Source: Chrysomallon squamiferum
Taxonomy: Eukaryota > Animalia > Mollusca
DNA length: 64,000 nucleotides
Direction of reading: 5' to 3'
Assembly: GCA_012295275.1 (NCBI GenBank)
Contig: CM022671.1
Location: forward strand, 1,922,001 to 1,986,000
Shown here: positions 1-13,919 of the stretch, piece by piece
Layout: the number at the start of each line of letters is the position of its first letter
Numbering within the stretch: position 1 is the first letter of the stretch
The notes under the pieces: generated by a model
Told to the model about the DNA's origin: nothing
Databases searched by the model: none
What the model saw: only the letters and a program-made list of their open reading frames with translations
Program-made: the position numbers and the translations under genes

Positions 1-689
1 AGCAGTAAGAACCTGACACCAGTGTTTTGATTTAAAACAAGGTTTTTGTAGCTGACATTGTGAACTGTAATGGTGATAAATATTATCAATGGCTATTTCA
101 CAGTCACTGGACCAAACCACTCAAGTTGTTCAGTTCTCTTTTCTCCCTATTGATATGCATTGATTATGGCACAGAAATCAATCACAGTATTACCATTTGT
201 CATAACCTTCTCTGTTACCAGTGCACAGAGTCAGGTTTCTTCTTTAAGTTTATTTTTAATATATAAAGTATGTTTCATAAATCAGTTTACTTTTTATTAA
301 TGACCACTTCAGTCATTAGAACTGGATTTTCTTTTTCAAACTTCTTTTTTTTTTTATCAGTAAATGGTATGTTGTACAAACAATTTTTCTTTTCTACTGA
401 AATATTATATGTCAAACATAAAGACATCTGAACCTATATGACAAAAATTCATAAAAAGATTTTAAAACTAATTTAATATTTTTCACATCTCCTTTAAATA
501 AAATAGGTTGAATTATTAATAACTATAAATATTCCCTGTTTAAAACTTTTTGATTGTTGCTTTATTAACAAATCAAAATATGAAGCCTATAAACTTTGAA
601 TGTAATTTTTATAAAATATAAATATTTATTAATTTTCCTCCAGTCAGGTTAATTTATAATCTTCATCCAGGAAACAAATTATAGAAAAT

Positions 690-860
690 ATTAAAATCCA
701 GTGACTTATAAATTTAAAATTTCTAAATCCTTGAGTGAAAATTTTAAAATTAAATCCTTCAGTGAAAATTTTAAAATCAAATCCTGCAGTAAGAATATTA
801 ACTTGAATCCATTAGTGTGAATACTAAAATCAAATCCTCAGATTAGAAACATAATCCAAA
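690..860. repeat. Degenerate ~27-bp tandem repeat
   Basis: aaatcc..agtgaaaattttaaaat recurring. Confidence 0.6.
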
Positions 861-1270
861 AATGGTAATCTCCAAACATAACATTTCATTCTGAATTCAA
901 AACTTTTACAATAAAATATTAAAAGAAAAAACTGACAGAATGTACTAATCCTGCAGTGGAAACCTGAATAATCTAGTTACAAAGAACCTGTTTAATCCTT
1001 TCATCCTGAATGAGCAGAATCTGTGTATTGACATCACTCATTACTCTTTATCCAGACATCTCAGTTTAAACCTGTAAATGAATTCAGCTGTAACCACACA
1101 CACTAACTAAATACCAAACACCAGGAATGAAGATGTTACACACGTTTTGATTACACATCTCTCCCACTGAGTTACATTTTAAACAGTTACGTAAGAAAAA
1201 CATAGGACTACTTTAAGTTTAAATTATCATTTTGTCCAGTAGTTAGAAAACACAACTTCCAACTCCACCC

Positions 1271-1320
1271 AACAACTGAGTTACTGAGTGACACAACAAC
1301 TGAGTTACTGAGTGACACAA
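1271..1320. repeat. 24-bp direct duplication
   Basis: aacaactgagttactgagtgacac x2. Confidence 0.9.
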
Positions 1321-1975
1321 GACACAAACATTTAGCAAAGTTTTATTGCTATCAACCAGCCAAAGTCATCAAAACACGCCAGACATGATTGTTCTGTGAA
1401 TAGAAGTGTGAGCAAAGCTTTCTAACTTGATATCTGTCTAGCACAATACAATCACCTTGGATGTGCTTTTCTCAATTGAAGGTATGTACTTTATACCAAA
1501 TCTGTTGAAAACATGTATGGTTCTGTCACTTTCATACAGATACCCTTTTGGGTTTACCACTTTACAAGCATAAAATGAAACTAAAAGAATAATATGGTTA
1601 TTATCCTTATAAAATATATTTTTTAATTCATAATCTAATCTAACAGACACCCCCCTTTTTACAAGAATTTAAAAAATAGAAATGAAAGGCTTTATGAATA
1701 ATATTCTGATATAATAGATTTCTGTGTTCAGAATCTAATAGAAATTTTGTTTTCTCACCTGTCACTCTCTTGAATACTTTATAAATGTGACTTAATAAGT
1801 TACCTTCTCATTTATAACATGCATTATCATTGTGTTAAAGTTAAATGATGCTATCACTAGAGTTGTTACTCTCAAATACAACTGATGAAAAACACTTCTT
1901 GTAATACTCATCGTGATCACTGTTTTTAATTCTATAAAAAAATATTCAATCCTTTGACTAGATATTGAAAAAGTT

Positions 1976-1977
<2 letters not shown>

Positions 1978-2046
<69 letters not shown>
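1978..2046. repeat. (AC)n microsatellite
   Basis: Direct inspection. Confidence 0.95.
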
Positions 2047-2047
<1 letters not shown>

Positions 2048-4198
2048 TTCTCCATCATACACTGATGGTTACCATAATACCAGTCACCTTTAAGTATGAA
2101 TCAATAATTGGTAACAAGCAACACAAATTTTATTACAACTGAAAGATACTATTGGAAGTTTTTATGAATAACAGTTTTTGATAACTGATCAATAACATTT
2201 CTTGCAATATTAAATCAGGTAAATTCTCTTGAACTCAGGTATGGATTATATACAATCAATATTATTAATTTCTCTGAAAAAAGCAGGAAACTTGGAATTA
2301 TTTAATAACTTAACCAGCTATTAACACATGCAATGCAAGGTATTGAAAACTAAGGGTGAATGACCTGTCAGGACTTTAGCCTAGTAAAACATTCTAAGTA
2401 AAACTTTTCTTTTCATCACAAGTGGAATGTTTCTAGTAAAAAAAATATGGATAGATGTTTTTAAGATAGAAATTATTCTGATTAGTAATTGATCAAAAAC
2501 TTGATCAAAATTATTAATTGTCATGAAAAATATATGAATCCATTGAAATATTCAACTACATGTTAGAAAACAAAGGCAGGATAAACACAGAGTATTGTAG
2601 AATGATGTTTGTTAATCAGCACACACATTATCATCATGAAAGTATTTTTAAATAAACAGTTTCTTATTTGTTTCATATGTTAAATGATACCACCATACGA
2701 TTTCTTTCCTTTCAAGTATTCTTGTTCCATTATCACATAGACCATTATAAAATAGTTTTAATCTCTATTTAACTTAGATTTTATTTGAAACATTTTAGTT
2801 CTATAATCATTTTTAATTTTGTGTTATGATTTTATTATTTTAAATTATATTTTTATTTATTGTCATTTTTTTTATTAATTCAATAATATTTTTGTAATAT
2901 CCAATTTTTTTTATTATTGTTTTATTATTACATTTATTAAACATTATTATTCCATTACTGCAGTTCCTTTTCTGTATATTTATTTTATTATTATCTTTTT
3001 TAAATTTTATTACTTTATTATTAACATTTATTAAAATGTATTAATTTATCGTTGCCATTTTTTAAATACTTTTATTATTTTTCTAAAATTTATTACTCTC
3101 AAACTATCCTGTCATTTATATAATTATTAAAAAATACAAATATTATTATTATAATTATTTTATTATATTTATTATTTTTTATTACTGTCTTTATTTTATT
3201 ATCATCATTTTTTAAGAATCATCATTTTATTTTTATCAACATTTGGGTGTTAAATTCATATCTTAATTTTATTTTTTTTAAATTATTTAAAATAGTACTT
3301 TTTAATATATGTGTTTGTTTGTGTGTGTGTGTGTGTGTTTTTTAAATTGCTGTATTATTATTATATTGTATAAATTATTATTTGATACAATTTTTAAAAA
3401 TTAATATATTATTGTAATATTTTTAAATTATATTTTTTATCCTGTTTTTTAAATTATCTTTTTTTAATCATGTTTTTAAATTGCTTTTTATTATTTAAAT
3501 TTTTTAAATTATTGTTTTATTATCAGCATTTAGAAAAAGATATAGATATATATTATTACCAGTATTATATAAATATGATATGATAGCTCACCCCAAATCA
3601 AATTAAATGTAAAGACTGAGTGAAACACATCTATTAAAAAATATAATTTTATTAACTTGCAGTAATTTCTCAGTATATTACCAGTTTTTATCATTACTTT
3701 ATATTATAATTATTTAAAAAAAAAAAAATTATTATTAATTTTGGATTAATTATTATTTTATTATTGTAGTTTTTAGGTTTTAAATTAATATTCTACTATT
3801 ATAATTTTTGGTAATAAAATTAAAAAAAAAAATCATATTGTAAATTGAAATTTAATTTGAAACATCAGTGCTATAAACAAGAAAATTAAGTTAAACAATT
3901 ACTAAGAAATAAAAACTAAGAATGTCACAAAAATAAATCCCACAGAGACCTAATAACAAATCAAATTAACTAGAAAGACTGAGTGAATGGGCACCACCGA
4001 CATCAAACACACAGCAAAGATTCATTCAGTTAGACAAATTTTTAAAAATCATGAATGAAAATTAAATTTTTTCTATAATCGGTGACGTTTGTCTGGATTC
4101 TAATAGCAGCATTGTGAAAAAATCAACATGTATCATCAGTAATACAAACACTATGAACATGTTTACGTGAAGGTTTACAAGTTTATTTATTTACTCAC

Positions 4199-4333
4199 CC
4201 TCTTCGAGAACAGCCATGAGGTCGTCCAGGGTCTCGCACTGGACTTGGAACAGATTCTCCACGTAGAAACCTTTGTTTTTGACCACCTGACAGCCAGGTA
4301 GCGTCTGTGAGACGGGTTCAGCAAGTCTATCAC
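4199..4333 (-). CDS. KIF12: KIF12-like kinesin motor exon (VIDLLNPSHRRYLAVRWSK/NKGFYVENLFQVQCETLDDLMAVLEEG) with an apparent 1-nt frameshift; gene continues beyond window start
   Basis: ttttcag acceptor, gtgagt donor. Translation matches the kinesin region after YNE, and VRW..KGFYVE.L is KIF12-like. The frame only works if the A5 run (T run at 4276-4280) is A6. Confidence 0.85.
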
Positions 4334-5296
4334 CTGAAAACAACAAACAAGTCTATCACCTGAAAACAACAAGCAAGTCTATCACCTGAAAACAACAAGC
4401 AAGTCTATCACCTGAAAACAACAACAAAGACTTTATAGTATTGTTTGTTCTAGCAAGTCTATTATCTGAAAACAACACAAACTTTATAGTATTGTTTCTT
4501 TTAACAAATCTATTACCTGAAAACAACACAAACTTTATAGTATTGTTTCTTTTAACAAGTCTATTACCTGAAAATAACACAAACTTTATAGTATTGTTTC
4601 TTTTAACAAGTCTATTACCTGAAAACAACACAAACTTTATAGTATTGTTTCTTTTAACAAGTCTATTATCTGAAAACAACACAAACTTTATAGTATTGTT
4701 TCTTTTAACAAGTCTATTACCTGAAAACAACACAAACTTTATAGTATTGTTTCTTTTAACAAGTCTATTATCTGAAAACAACACAAACTTTATAGTATTG
4801 TTTCTTTTAACAAGTCTATTACCTGAAAACAACACAAACTTTATAGTATTGTTTCTTTTAACAAGTCTATTACCTGAAAACAACACAAACTTTATAGTAT
4901 TGTTTCTTTTAACAAGTCTATTATCTGAAAACTACACAAACTTTATAGTATTGTTTCTTTTAACAAGTCTATCACCTGAAAACAACACAAACTTTATAGT
5001 ATTGTTTCTTTTAACAAGTCTATCACCTGAAAACAACACAAACTTTATAGTATTGTTTCTTTTAACAAGTCTATCATCTGAAAACAACACAAACTTTATA
5101 GTATTGTTTCTTTTAACAAGTCTATCATCTGAAAACAACACAAACTTTATAGTATTGTTTCTTTTAACAAGTCTATTACCTGAAAACAACACAAACTTTA
5201 TAGTATTGTTTCTTTTAACAAGTCTATTACCTGAAAACAACACAAACTTTATAGTATTGTTTCTTTTAACAAGTCTATTACCTGAAAACAACAACA
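4322..5296. repeat. Minisatellite made from the kinesin intron/exon junction: three 26-bp units, one 54-bp unit, sixteen 51-bp units and a partial unit
   Basis: Unit caagtctattacctgaaaacaacacaaactttatagtattgtttcttttaa starts every 51 bp from 4454 to 5270; explains the repetitive ORFs at 4356-5331. Confidence 0.97.
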
Positions 5297-5583
5297 GAGA
5301 ATGTTTTCTTTTATTCACAAACACAGATTAGCCTTCATAATCTTTCTATCTACCATGTCTTTTAAAATAATTTTGTAGTTTAGTTACTCCTTAGTTAAAT
5401 TTTATGCTGTTCGTAGAAGAACAAAGACAATGAATTATGTGTTTATAAATGTTTACAGCCTCTGTATGTATTTTCACAACATGTACAAAGGGGTCAGAAC
5501 TGAGGTGGACAATCTCTATTCTGTACAGATCACAGTCAAAGATTAATCATTAACACTTTTGATAGTTAATATTTGTTGTAAAG

Positions 5584-5767
5584 TTTATGATATAAAAAAT
5601 ATTGTACAGATAAATAATTTATGATATAAAAAATATTGTACAGATAAATAATTTATGATATAAAAAATATTGTACAGATAAATTATTTATGATATATAAA
5701 ATATTGTACAGATAAATTATTTATGATATAAAAAATATTGTACAGATAAATAATTTATGATATAAAA
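5584..5767. repeat. 34-bp tandem repeat, ~5.4 copies
   Basis: tttatgatataaaaaatattgtacagataaataa repeated. Confidence 0.93.
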
Positions 5768-6278
5768 GGTTTGATTACCAAGAATTTTCAGAGTGTTTTG
5801 GGCTTACTGTTGTTGTTGGGATTTTTTGTTAATTTAAACAAAAATATTATTATGGTTTGTTCCTTTGTTTTCAAATAAAAATAAGTGTTTCCCTGTAAAT
5901 CAGTATTTCAGCATTAAAATTTTCTGTTTCAGTCTATGTTAGCTGTCAGTGCTGGAAGATCAGATACATTGCTGTAGCTCTGCTTATTAAATTGTGAGCT
6001 TAAAGATTTATGTTCTATGATTTCTTTTAGTGTATTAACATATTAGAAAGTGTAGATAATTATTATTATTACTTTTATTTTTCACACACTTCAAGACATA
6101 TATTGCTTTTGATTGCTTTTATATTATTAACATTACATGTTGTTTTATTAGAAAGAATTAATAATTATTATCACAGTAAATTTTTTCCACAATGTCTATG
6201 ACATATTTATTTGATTAATAAATTACTTTGATTTGTTAGAATCGATACTTGTTACATTTTATTGATTTTGAAACTTAC

Positions 6279-6416
6279 CTGTTCATTGTAAACTTCAAGG
6301 TATGAGGCTCTGAGTACTTTGTTTGTTCCAATTGCTTTAATCTGCCTATACAGGTATCTGAAAGATCTCTGAATCAGCCCAAACATCTTAGGGTTTGGCT
6401 CCAAACCATCTAGAAA
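6279..6416 (-). CDS. KIF12: KIF12-like motor exon (FLDGLEPNPKMFGLIQRSFRYLY...RASYLEVYNEQ)
   Basis: 138 nt, phase 0/0, ttccag acceptor, gtaagt donor; kinesin motifs GLIxRS and SYLEVYNE. Confidence 0.95.
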
Positions 6417-6726
6417 CTGGAAAACAGAGAACAAATATAACAGACTGAAACAGGGTAAATAAGATTATTAGAAAAGGTAAAGTGAAAATAATTATAATTA
6501 TTCTATTTAAAAACAAATTTAAAAAGTGAATAGGGGTATTCCACAAAACACATTAAAAACATGGTTATGTATGTAAATAATTTCTGAAATTTCAAATTTA
6601 AATCCTTCCATTTAACGTGTGGGAAGTTGATGATTCACAAAAGAAACAAAAAAGAAAGCAACAAACATAATTATTATGAACATTTCACAACAGGATAACT
6701 ATATCAGATGATGTTGGAATGGAATC

Positions 6727-6932
6727 AATAACATAATTAGTAAATAACATAATTAATAAATAACTTAATTAGTAAATAAGATAATTATCAAATAAGATAA
6801 TTAGTAAATAACATAATTAGTAAATGACATAATTAATAAATAACTTAATTAGTAAATAACATAATTAGCAAATAACATAATTAGTAAATGACATAATTAG
6901 TAAATGACATAATTAGTAAATAACATAATTAG
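6727..6932. repeat. 16-bp tandem repeat, ~13 copies
   Basis: aataacataattagta variants. Confidence 0.88.
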
Positions 6933-7592
6933 AAATTTATCAACAATTGGTACTGTCAAACACTGTAATAATCCAAAGATAAAAAAATTTGAAAGAATGA
7001 TGATTAAAATAAATGTACTAAAAATCTGTTTTAAAATGTATGTCACTGTGTGAGTTAGAAGAATGAGGACTGAACAGTACTGTACTGATTAGAACACATT
7101 TCAGTCAAACACACAGTAATGTATTGTGTCATTTAGTTTCATATTTAAACTGAAATATTTCATACTGGTTTCACTTTTTCAAATTAAGCCATACTTCACT
7201 TAAATATGGAATAAAATATACTGAATTTGAACTTTACCAAACTGGTTTGAAATGTTCAAATTAACCCATATTTATGAATACACCTAACCTACCTGTCAGT
7301 TATATGTATATCAAAATAACTTTAAAAACAATGGTAAGTTTCACTTCAGCTAAATTACATTTCATGTGTTATTCAATTATTATTAACTGCAGACATAAAA
7401 CTACCTAAAGACATGCTGCTGATTAATTATTTGTGACGACAGTGTGATACAAACATGCATAATGAACAATGCTGTGAGTGCGGTGGTGAAATATTTATAA
7501 ACTATTCTTGTTAGCAAAATCTTCATGCATAGCACCGAATGTCATTTTTAAGAAATTTAAAAATTATCTAACAATCATTATTCATTATCTTT

Positions 7593-7629
<37 letters not shown>

Positions 7630-7937
7630 ATAATAATAATAAAAAAAAAAAAAAACAAAAATAAAAAAATAAATTCATCATCGATTTTGAAAACAGTGTT
7701 AGGACAAAAATTCATAAAAGAGTGAGTACTTGATATTTGTATTTTATTTTGAAATATTATCTAAATGTGCATTAAAATCTATATTATCCTTCCTATTTAT
7801 CTATTTCTAAAGTATTGTATATTGCATTTCCACTTGAATCAGATATTTTAAAAATATTTCTTTTTATCAAGCTTAAAGAAGATTTTATAAACTATAAATA
7901 TTCTTGTTTTTGAAATGTTGAACATTTTGAAAGTTAA

Positions 7938-7968
<31 letters not shown>

Positions 7969-8962
7969 ATAAATAAATAAATAAATAAAAATAAAATTGA
8001 TAGAAATGAAAGAAATATAAATCTGATAATGTTTGGGATAACATGAACATTTAATTATATTTAATTACTCAGTCTGTAAATATCATTTCACAAATGTAAA
8101 ATTCAACTATTATGACTACAGCATTCAACACAAAAGTCTAGTATGATATGGTACAAGCATTCAACATACCATTCACTATGTACAAAAACATAACAATAAA
8201 TATTTCACTGCATGAAAAGATGTGTAGTTTCATATGAAAAAGAAATAAAAATATTTTATACACTGAAGTTAAAAACAAAATCAAACAGTTTTATTCCTAG
8301 ATATCCACTGAACATCTGCACGCATTTCAAAAAGAAAAATGACAAAAACAGAGTCATTACAGAACATATGCATGCAAAGAGAGAGAGATGGGACATCATT
8401 AATAATAACAGTGGGGAAATTAAGTGAAAACCACAATTTACCTCCCCTTTTTCTGATTGTACTGCCTTGAATAGAAACAAAAGAAATCAATGAATGAGTA
8501 ACAGTTTAGTGAAATTTTTTATTATTACTTGCTATAAGTTGTCAAATACCACTTTTTTCTTCAACGATGAAGTTTCTGAGAGTGAATACCAGGTTGATAT
8601 TCCATAAACATTGAGTAAGACATTAGTTTCAAACAGTTTATATAGATTAATAAATTAAATATTTATTTTAAATAACACTTGGAAATAAATTTTATTTGGT
8701 TCTAAGAAACCATTTGTTTTAATTCAGTGTAGCCTGCATTTATTTCGTTAGAGGAATCCTGTTCCATTCACTGCATTAAGTGACAGTAACAGCCAAAGCT
8801 AAGGAGATTGGCACACAACTTTTATTTCTTCAGAATAAAATATTCAGCATGTTATTTTTTATTGTCACGTGAGTAGTACACATGATAGCAGTGGGTAGAT
8901 GGTGTTTTACAGTCTGGCTTCCTTGGTTGTTTCTTTAATTACTGCTTGGGACGTGTTTGTCT

Positions 8963-8976
8963 GTTGCCAAGATAAC
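8963..8976. promoter_or_regulatory. RFX X-box-like site GTTGCCAAGATAAC
   Basis: 14-bp match to the GTNRCC-N-RGYAAC-type palindrome, in a kinesin intron. Confidence 0.35.
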
Positions 8977-10190
8977 ATGGCTACGTAAAGAACATTAATT
9001 TATAATTAATTTAATCTGTTTAATGTTCATCTATATTACATCCTTATACAGTTTCAAAGACACACATTGGTACATGTAAAGATACAGACCCAATAACATA
9101 TACACCAACACTTACAGACTGACTTTATAAGGAACACACACATACACATGCACACACACACACACTTACACACGCACACACACACACACACTTATACACA
9201 TACACAAACTAACACACACATGTAAAGCATGATTATTTTTCTACTGGCATATAATTATTTTATTATTTTTTTCCTAATGATGAATATTTGTATTGCTTTT
9301 TGCAACATGATTTAATTTTCTTGTACTATTTTCTTTCTCAGTGACATAAGTAGACTGAAGTCTTATTTCAAAAACCTGCTTGTGTTGGCATCTACAGCTG
9401 AACTGAAACAAAAGCTTCACACTTGTGGGATGAATACAACTCACTGGATATCTGTGTATAGCACTTTAGTGACACATCTCATAATACAACAGTTATATAT
9501 GAACATGCAAGTATACACCTGAGATATATATATATATATATATATATATGTGCTATTGACAACATTAGTGTGGACAATAACAATATATATGAAATAAGTA
9601 CACAAACTTCTATATTTTCCATGTATCTGTGAAATACTGTTCTATGTGGGTGACTTTGGTTTTTGGCTCTTTTTACAAGTTTTGTCCCGTTACAACACTA
9701 TGACATAACTTACCACATGGTCAGTGTTATAAATTTTGACTCCATTTTTCTTTAAAACAAAAGATTAATTAAACTATAAAGAAATAACACTTAGGACATA
9801 ACAAGATATATATACAAACTCACCCACTGGATGGTTTTTTTTCATGTAAAACATTTCATGAGGCTATTATATACTTTTCATTCTAGAATTGTGTTTTCCC
9901 AAATAAAAAAAAATCTTCTGTTATTTTGAAATTGCAGACAAATCAAAGAATGTGTTAGAGAAAAACAGCAAATTCTTTGATCTGTTTACAGTTAAATTCT
10001 TTGATCTGTTACAGTTAAATACTGTTATCTGTTAACATGGATGATTCTGAGGGGTAGGCTGAACAACTCATTATAATCTCTGTCTACCTTGTAATCTGCA
10101 CAAGACTTTTTAATTCCACTGTATTGCATTACTACAGAAGTGTTTTGAAATCCAGAGTAACAAAATCTCTAAACATCACTTCCAGAATGA

Positions 10191-10200
10191 ATAATAATAA

Positions 10201-10277
<77 letters not shown>
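10191..10277. repeat. (AAT)n microsatellite
   Basis: Direct inspection. Confidence 0.95.
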
Positions 10278-10279
<2 letters not shown>

Positions 10280-10847
10280 GTTATTGTATAATGTAGATAT
10301 TAGATATTCCAGTAAACAGAAAATACAGGATAAATAAAAAACTGACATAACAGTTTTACATAACAGGTTTAGATATAATATATTTTGAAGGTTCTTTTCT
10401 TTTGTTTTTTAATAAAGCAGTAGGAATTTTCATGGTCAGTGTTGATTGTGTTTAAGAAGTATAAATTAACATAGCTGTAGATTCAGAATAGATAATGAGA
10501 TATTCTTTATTTTACAGAACTAAACTCAGTTATGCAAAAATAAATCTAGATACCAGATTATTTGGTTTCATTTACAACATTCAGCATTTCATGTAGATGG
10601 ACATAGGTACCAATACAATTTATTTGATATGATAAAATAATAAAATTTATAATTTAAAAAAAATAAAAAAATTATATTGAATATAATATTCTAATAATTT
10701 TAAAATTCTTTTGAATATAAACTTTCTTTTTCTTTAAAATTATATTATCTTTGTTTTGCATTAATGTTTTCAGCTAAGAACAAGCTCTGTGAAATGATCA
10801 GTTGGTCTGAGTTTGTTAGTTAAAAATGTCAGTGTATTCATTCTCAC

Positions 10848-10923
10848 CAGCTGTGGAGGACCTGTCATGGTGTGTGTTTTTCCCGATCCGGTCTGACCGA
10901 AGGCTAAGGCAGTGCAGGCGTAG
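10848..10923 (-). CDS. KIF12: KIF12-like motor exon with P-loop (YACTALAFGQTGSGKTHTMTGPPQL)
   Basis: Walker A GQTGSGKT; ctacag acceptor, gtgaga donor; phases fit the neighbouring exons. Confidence 0.96.
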
Positions 10924-11052
10924 CTGTAGATGAAACAACGCATACATTGTGTCAGACATCTACACGAGCTATGTATTCTGTATGACAGCAAAATCAGTTT
11001 TATTTTTAACAGTTATTAAGTATCCACTGCATGGTCTGTTTGAGTTTTTCAA

Positions 11053-11146
<94 letters not shown>

Positions 11147-11177
11147 GTAATAGTAATAATAATAATAATAATAATAA
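11053..11177. repeat. (AAT)n microsatellite
   Basis: Direct inspection. Confidence 0.95.
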
Positions 11178-11443
11178 TGATAACAAAACAACAGAAGAAA
11201 GTACTTATATGAAATGAATAGAAAATCATTTCTTCCATGTTACAATGAGTAAACGAACATGTCTGGTTTAATAAAAATTACCTGACAGGTGAGAAATATC
11301 TGATACTCTTAGCACTTTCTGCTTGCAAATAAAATATAAACAAAACAGCTTCATATGAAAGCACTAATGATATTAAAACTATAATTAAACAGCTGCTGAA
11401 TATTATGATTTCTGAAATAAATATAGACAGTAGTTATTTTTAC

Positions 11444-11565
11444 CCATTAAGTGCCATGTCAACAAGGTGGATAACTCCTGACTGCTCAAAAAGATCTTCT
11501 TGGGTAGCATCAGGCTCAAACACAGAGTTAAAGTAAAAACTGTGTTCCACTCCTTGGTTATCAAC
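11444..11565 (-). CDS. KIF12: KIF12-like motor exon (VDNQGVEHSFYFNSVFEPDATQEDLFEQSGVIHLVDMALNG)
   Basis: Kinesin FxFxxVF...TQEDLF motif; 122 nt, phase 0/2; gccag acceptor, gtaaaa donor. Confidence 0.94.
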
Positions 11566-11576
11566 CTGGCAATAGA

Positions 11577-11688
11577 CATACAGATACATATGTACATATA
11601 TACATAAATACATACATACATACATACATATATACATACATACATACATACATAGACAAATACATACATACATACATACATACACAAA

Positions 11689-11757
<69 letters not shown>

Positions 11758-11758
11758 G

Positions 11759-11791
<33 letters not shown>

Positions 11792-11801
11792 ATATATATA
11801 T
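11577..11801. repeat. (TACA)n followed by (TATC)n microsatellites
   Basis: Direct inspection; begins ~10 nt from the kinesin acceptor at 11566. Confidence 0.92.
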
Positions 11802-12590
11802 TTCTTTAATTGGAAAACCAACACTGAACAAGTTAAACATTTGTAAAGGACTGGTTGTAGTTTATTTATTCACCAAACAGTTTGATTATTGATTGTATTT
11901 GTGACAAATTAACAAAAACAACAACAACAGCAACAACATGAATAATAATAATAAATGCAGTGATAAGAATAACAAATATTGTAATAATAGTAATAATAAT
12001 AGTGATGATGATGATGATGATGATGATAATATCATAATAATAGTATTTATGATGAGAATGAAAGGAAAACAATTACTTTTAATTTATTTATTTGCCTATC
12101 ACTTCAGGTAATTGACTATAATTATTTGTAATAACAACAAAAAAGTGAGATAATTTTACGTTATAAATCCTTATTTATTTTTATGTCATTCCATTCAAAA
12201 GCCTTGTTAGAAAAACGTATTTTTGTTTTTACATCATGATAAAACCGGTTTGTTATTTTCTTGCTGCACTTTTCAGTCTTACAAGAAGAAATCAATATGG
12301 ATTCCCTTTCTCTTTCATCTGCACGTGACAAAACAAATCAGATCTTCTTATAAATAATACATAGATCACTGCCCAGTAAGTTAAATGTATATGAAAACAA
12401 AATAAATATCTGCTTTTGTTTTATAGTTTGATATTGTTTCAGTGATTGTGGCAAAGAAAAGGAATGAAGAAATAAACAGTCTGTATTATTTATTTATCAG
12501 TGTCACCGGAAATCATTTGTAAATATGTTATCTGCATGAAACGTTGAACTGAAATTGATTATAACTCTGAGAGTGGACTGTTGCTTAGAG

Positions 12591-12690
12591 CCTGTTTCCC
12601 ATTCCAGTCAGTTCTCTTCAGATTGTTTCTGTCTGTGGGAGGGTACATCTAAAAATCCTTTGTTACTTACTGATAAGAACAGCCACAGAA
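12591..12690 (+). mobile_element. Decayed SINE core (Meta/MESC-like)
   Basis: tttcccattccagtcag...ctgtctgtgggagggtacatctaaaaatcctttgttact; similar to the copies at 31169 and 61389 and to the Meta core as I recall it. Confidence 0.5.
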
Positions 12691-12983
12691 TGTTGATAAC
12701 AAGTTTCTTCTCTTGTTTTTTAATGTGTGAAATATAAGTTGATACCATTAATTAATTAACTAATTAACTGATATCACCTTTGACTTTACTTTTGGCTACA
12801 TTATAGATAACATATTACAGATCACAGCATCGTAATAACTGTGCTTTTATGCTGAACAAGAACATTTTTGGCCATTAATGTATACCAGTCGTTTTTAACC
12901 TTTTATTTTTCAGTGCTCCATTTCAGGTTAGGGATCCCAGAGTTAAATATTATACATGATAGAACTGTAGAGAATTGTATAGT

Positions 12984-12984
<1 letters not shown>

Positions 12985-13019
<35 letters not shown>

Positions 13020-13138
13020 TACATACACACATACACACACACATACATACATACACACATACACACACACATACATACATACATACATACATACACACAC
13101 ACACATACATACATACATACACACACAGGCACACACAT

Positions 13139-13173
<35 letters not shown>

Positions 13174-13376
13174 TACATACATACATACATACACACACAC
13201 AGGCACACACATACATACATACACACACATACATACATACATACAGACACACACATACACACATACATACATACATACATACATACATACATACATACAT
13301 ACACACACACACAGGCGCACACATATATACACAGCCACATATATACATACATACATACAGACACACATATATATAT

Positions 13377-13418
<42 letters not shown>

Positions 13419-13474
13419 ACACACACATACACACATACATACATACATATATATACACACACAGGCACACACAT

Positions 13475-13505
<31 letters not shown>

Positions 13506-13578
13506 TACATACATACACACACACACACATACACACATACATACATACACACACACACATATACATACACACACACAT

Positions 13579-13613
<35 letters not shown>

Positions 13614-13688
13614 TACATACATACATACATACATACACACACACATACATACATACACACACACAGACACACATATATACACAGCCAC

Positions 13689-13719
<31 letters not shown>

Positions 13720-13919
13720 TACATACATACACACACACACATACATACATACACACACATACATACATACATACATACACACACATACATACACACACAT
13801 ACATACATACATACATACATACATACATACATACATACATACATACATACATACATACATACATACATACATACATACATACATACATACATACATACAT
13901 ACATACATACATACATACA
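12985..13919. repeat. ~935-bp compound (CA)n/(TACA)n microsatellite
   Basis: Direct inspection; source of the long HT/YI and MYVC ORFs. Confidence 0.97.

Noticed and set aside
1-4198. Next kinesin exon (switch I, NxxSSRSH)
   Set aside because: Not found by eye; the region looks intronic, so the gene continues outside the window.
4322-5296. CRISPR-like regular array
   Set aside because: Units are contiguous near-identical repeats without unique spacers; eukaryotic intron, no cas genes.
4356-5331. ORFs of 176, 296 and 130 aa with 17-aa repeats
   Set aside because: Translations of the 51-bp intronic minisatellite; the true kinesin frame hits a stop in the unit.
9824-9845. ATG plus strong gtgagt donor inside a kinesin intron
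   Set aside because: Phase 1 does not fit the phase-0 acceptor at 6416; only 7 codons.
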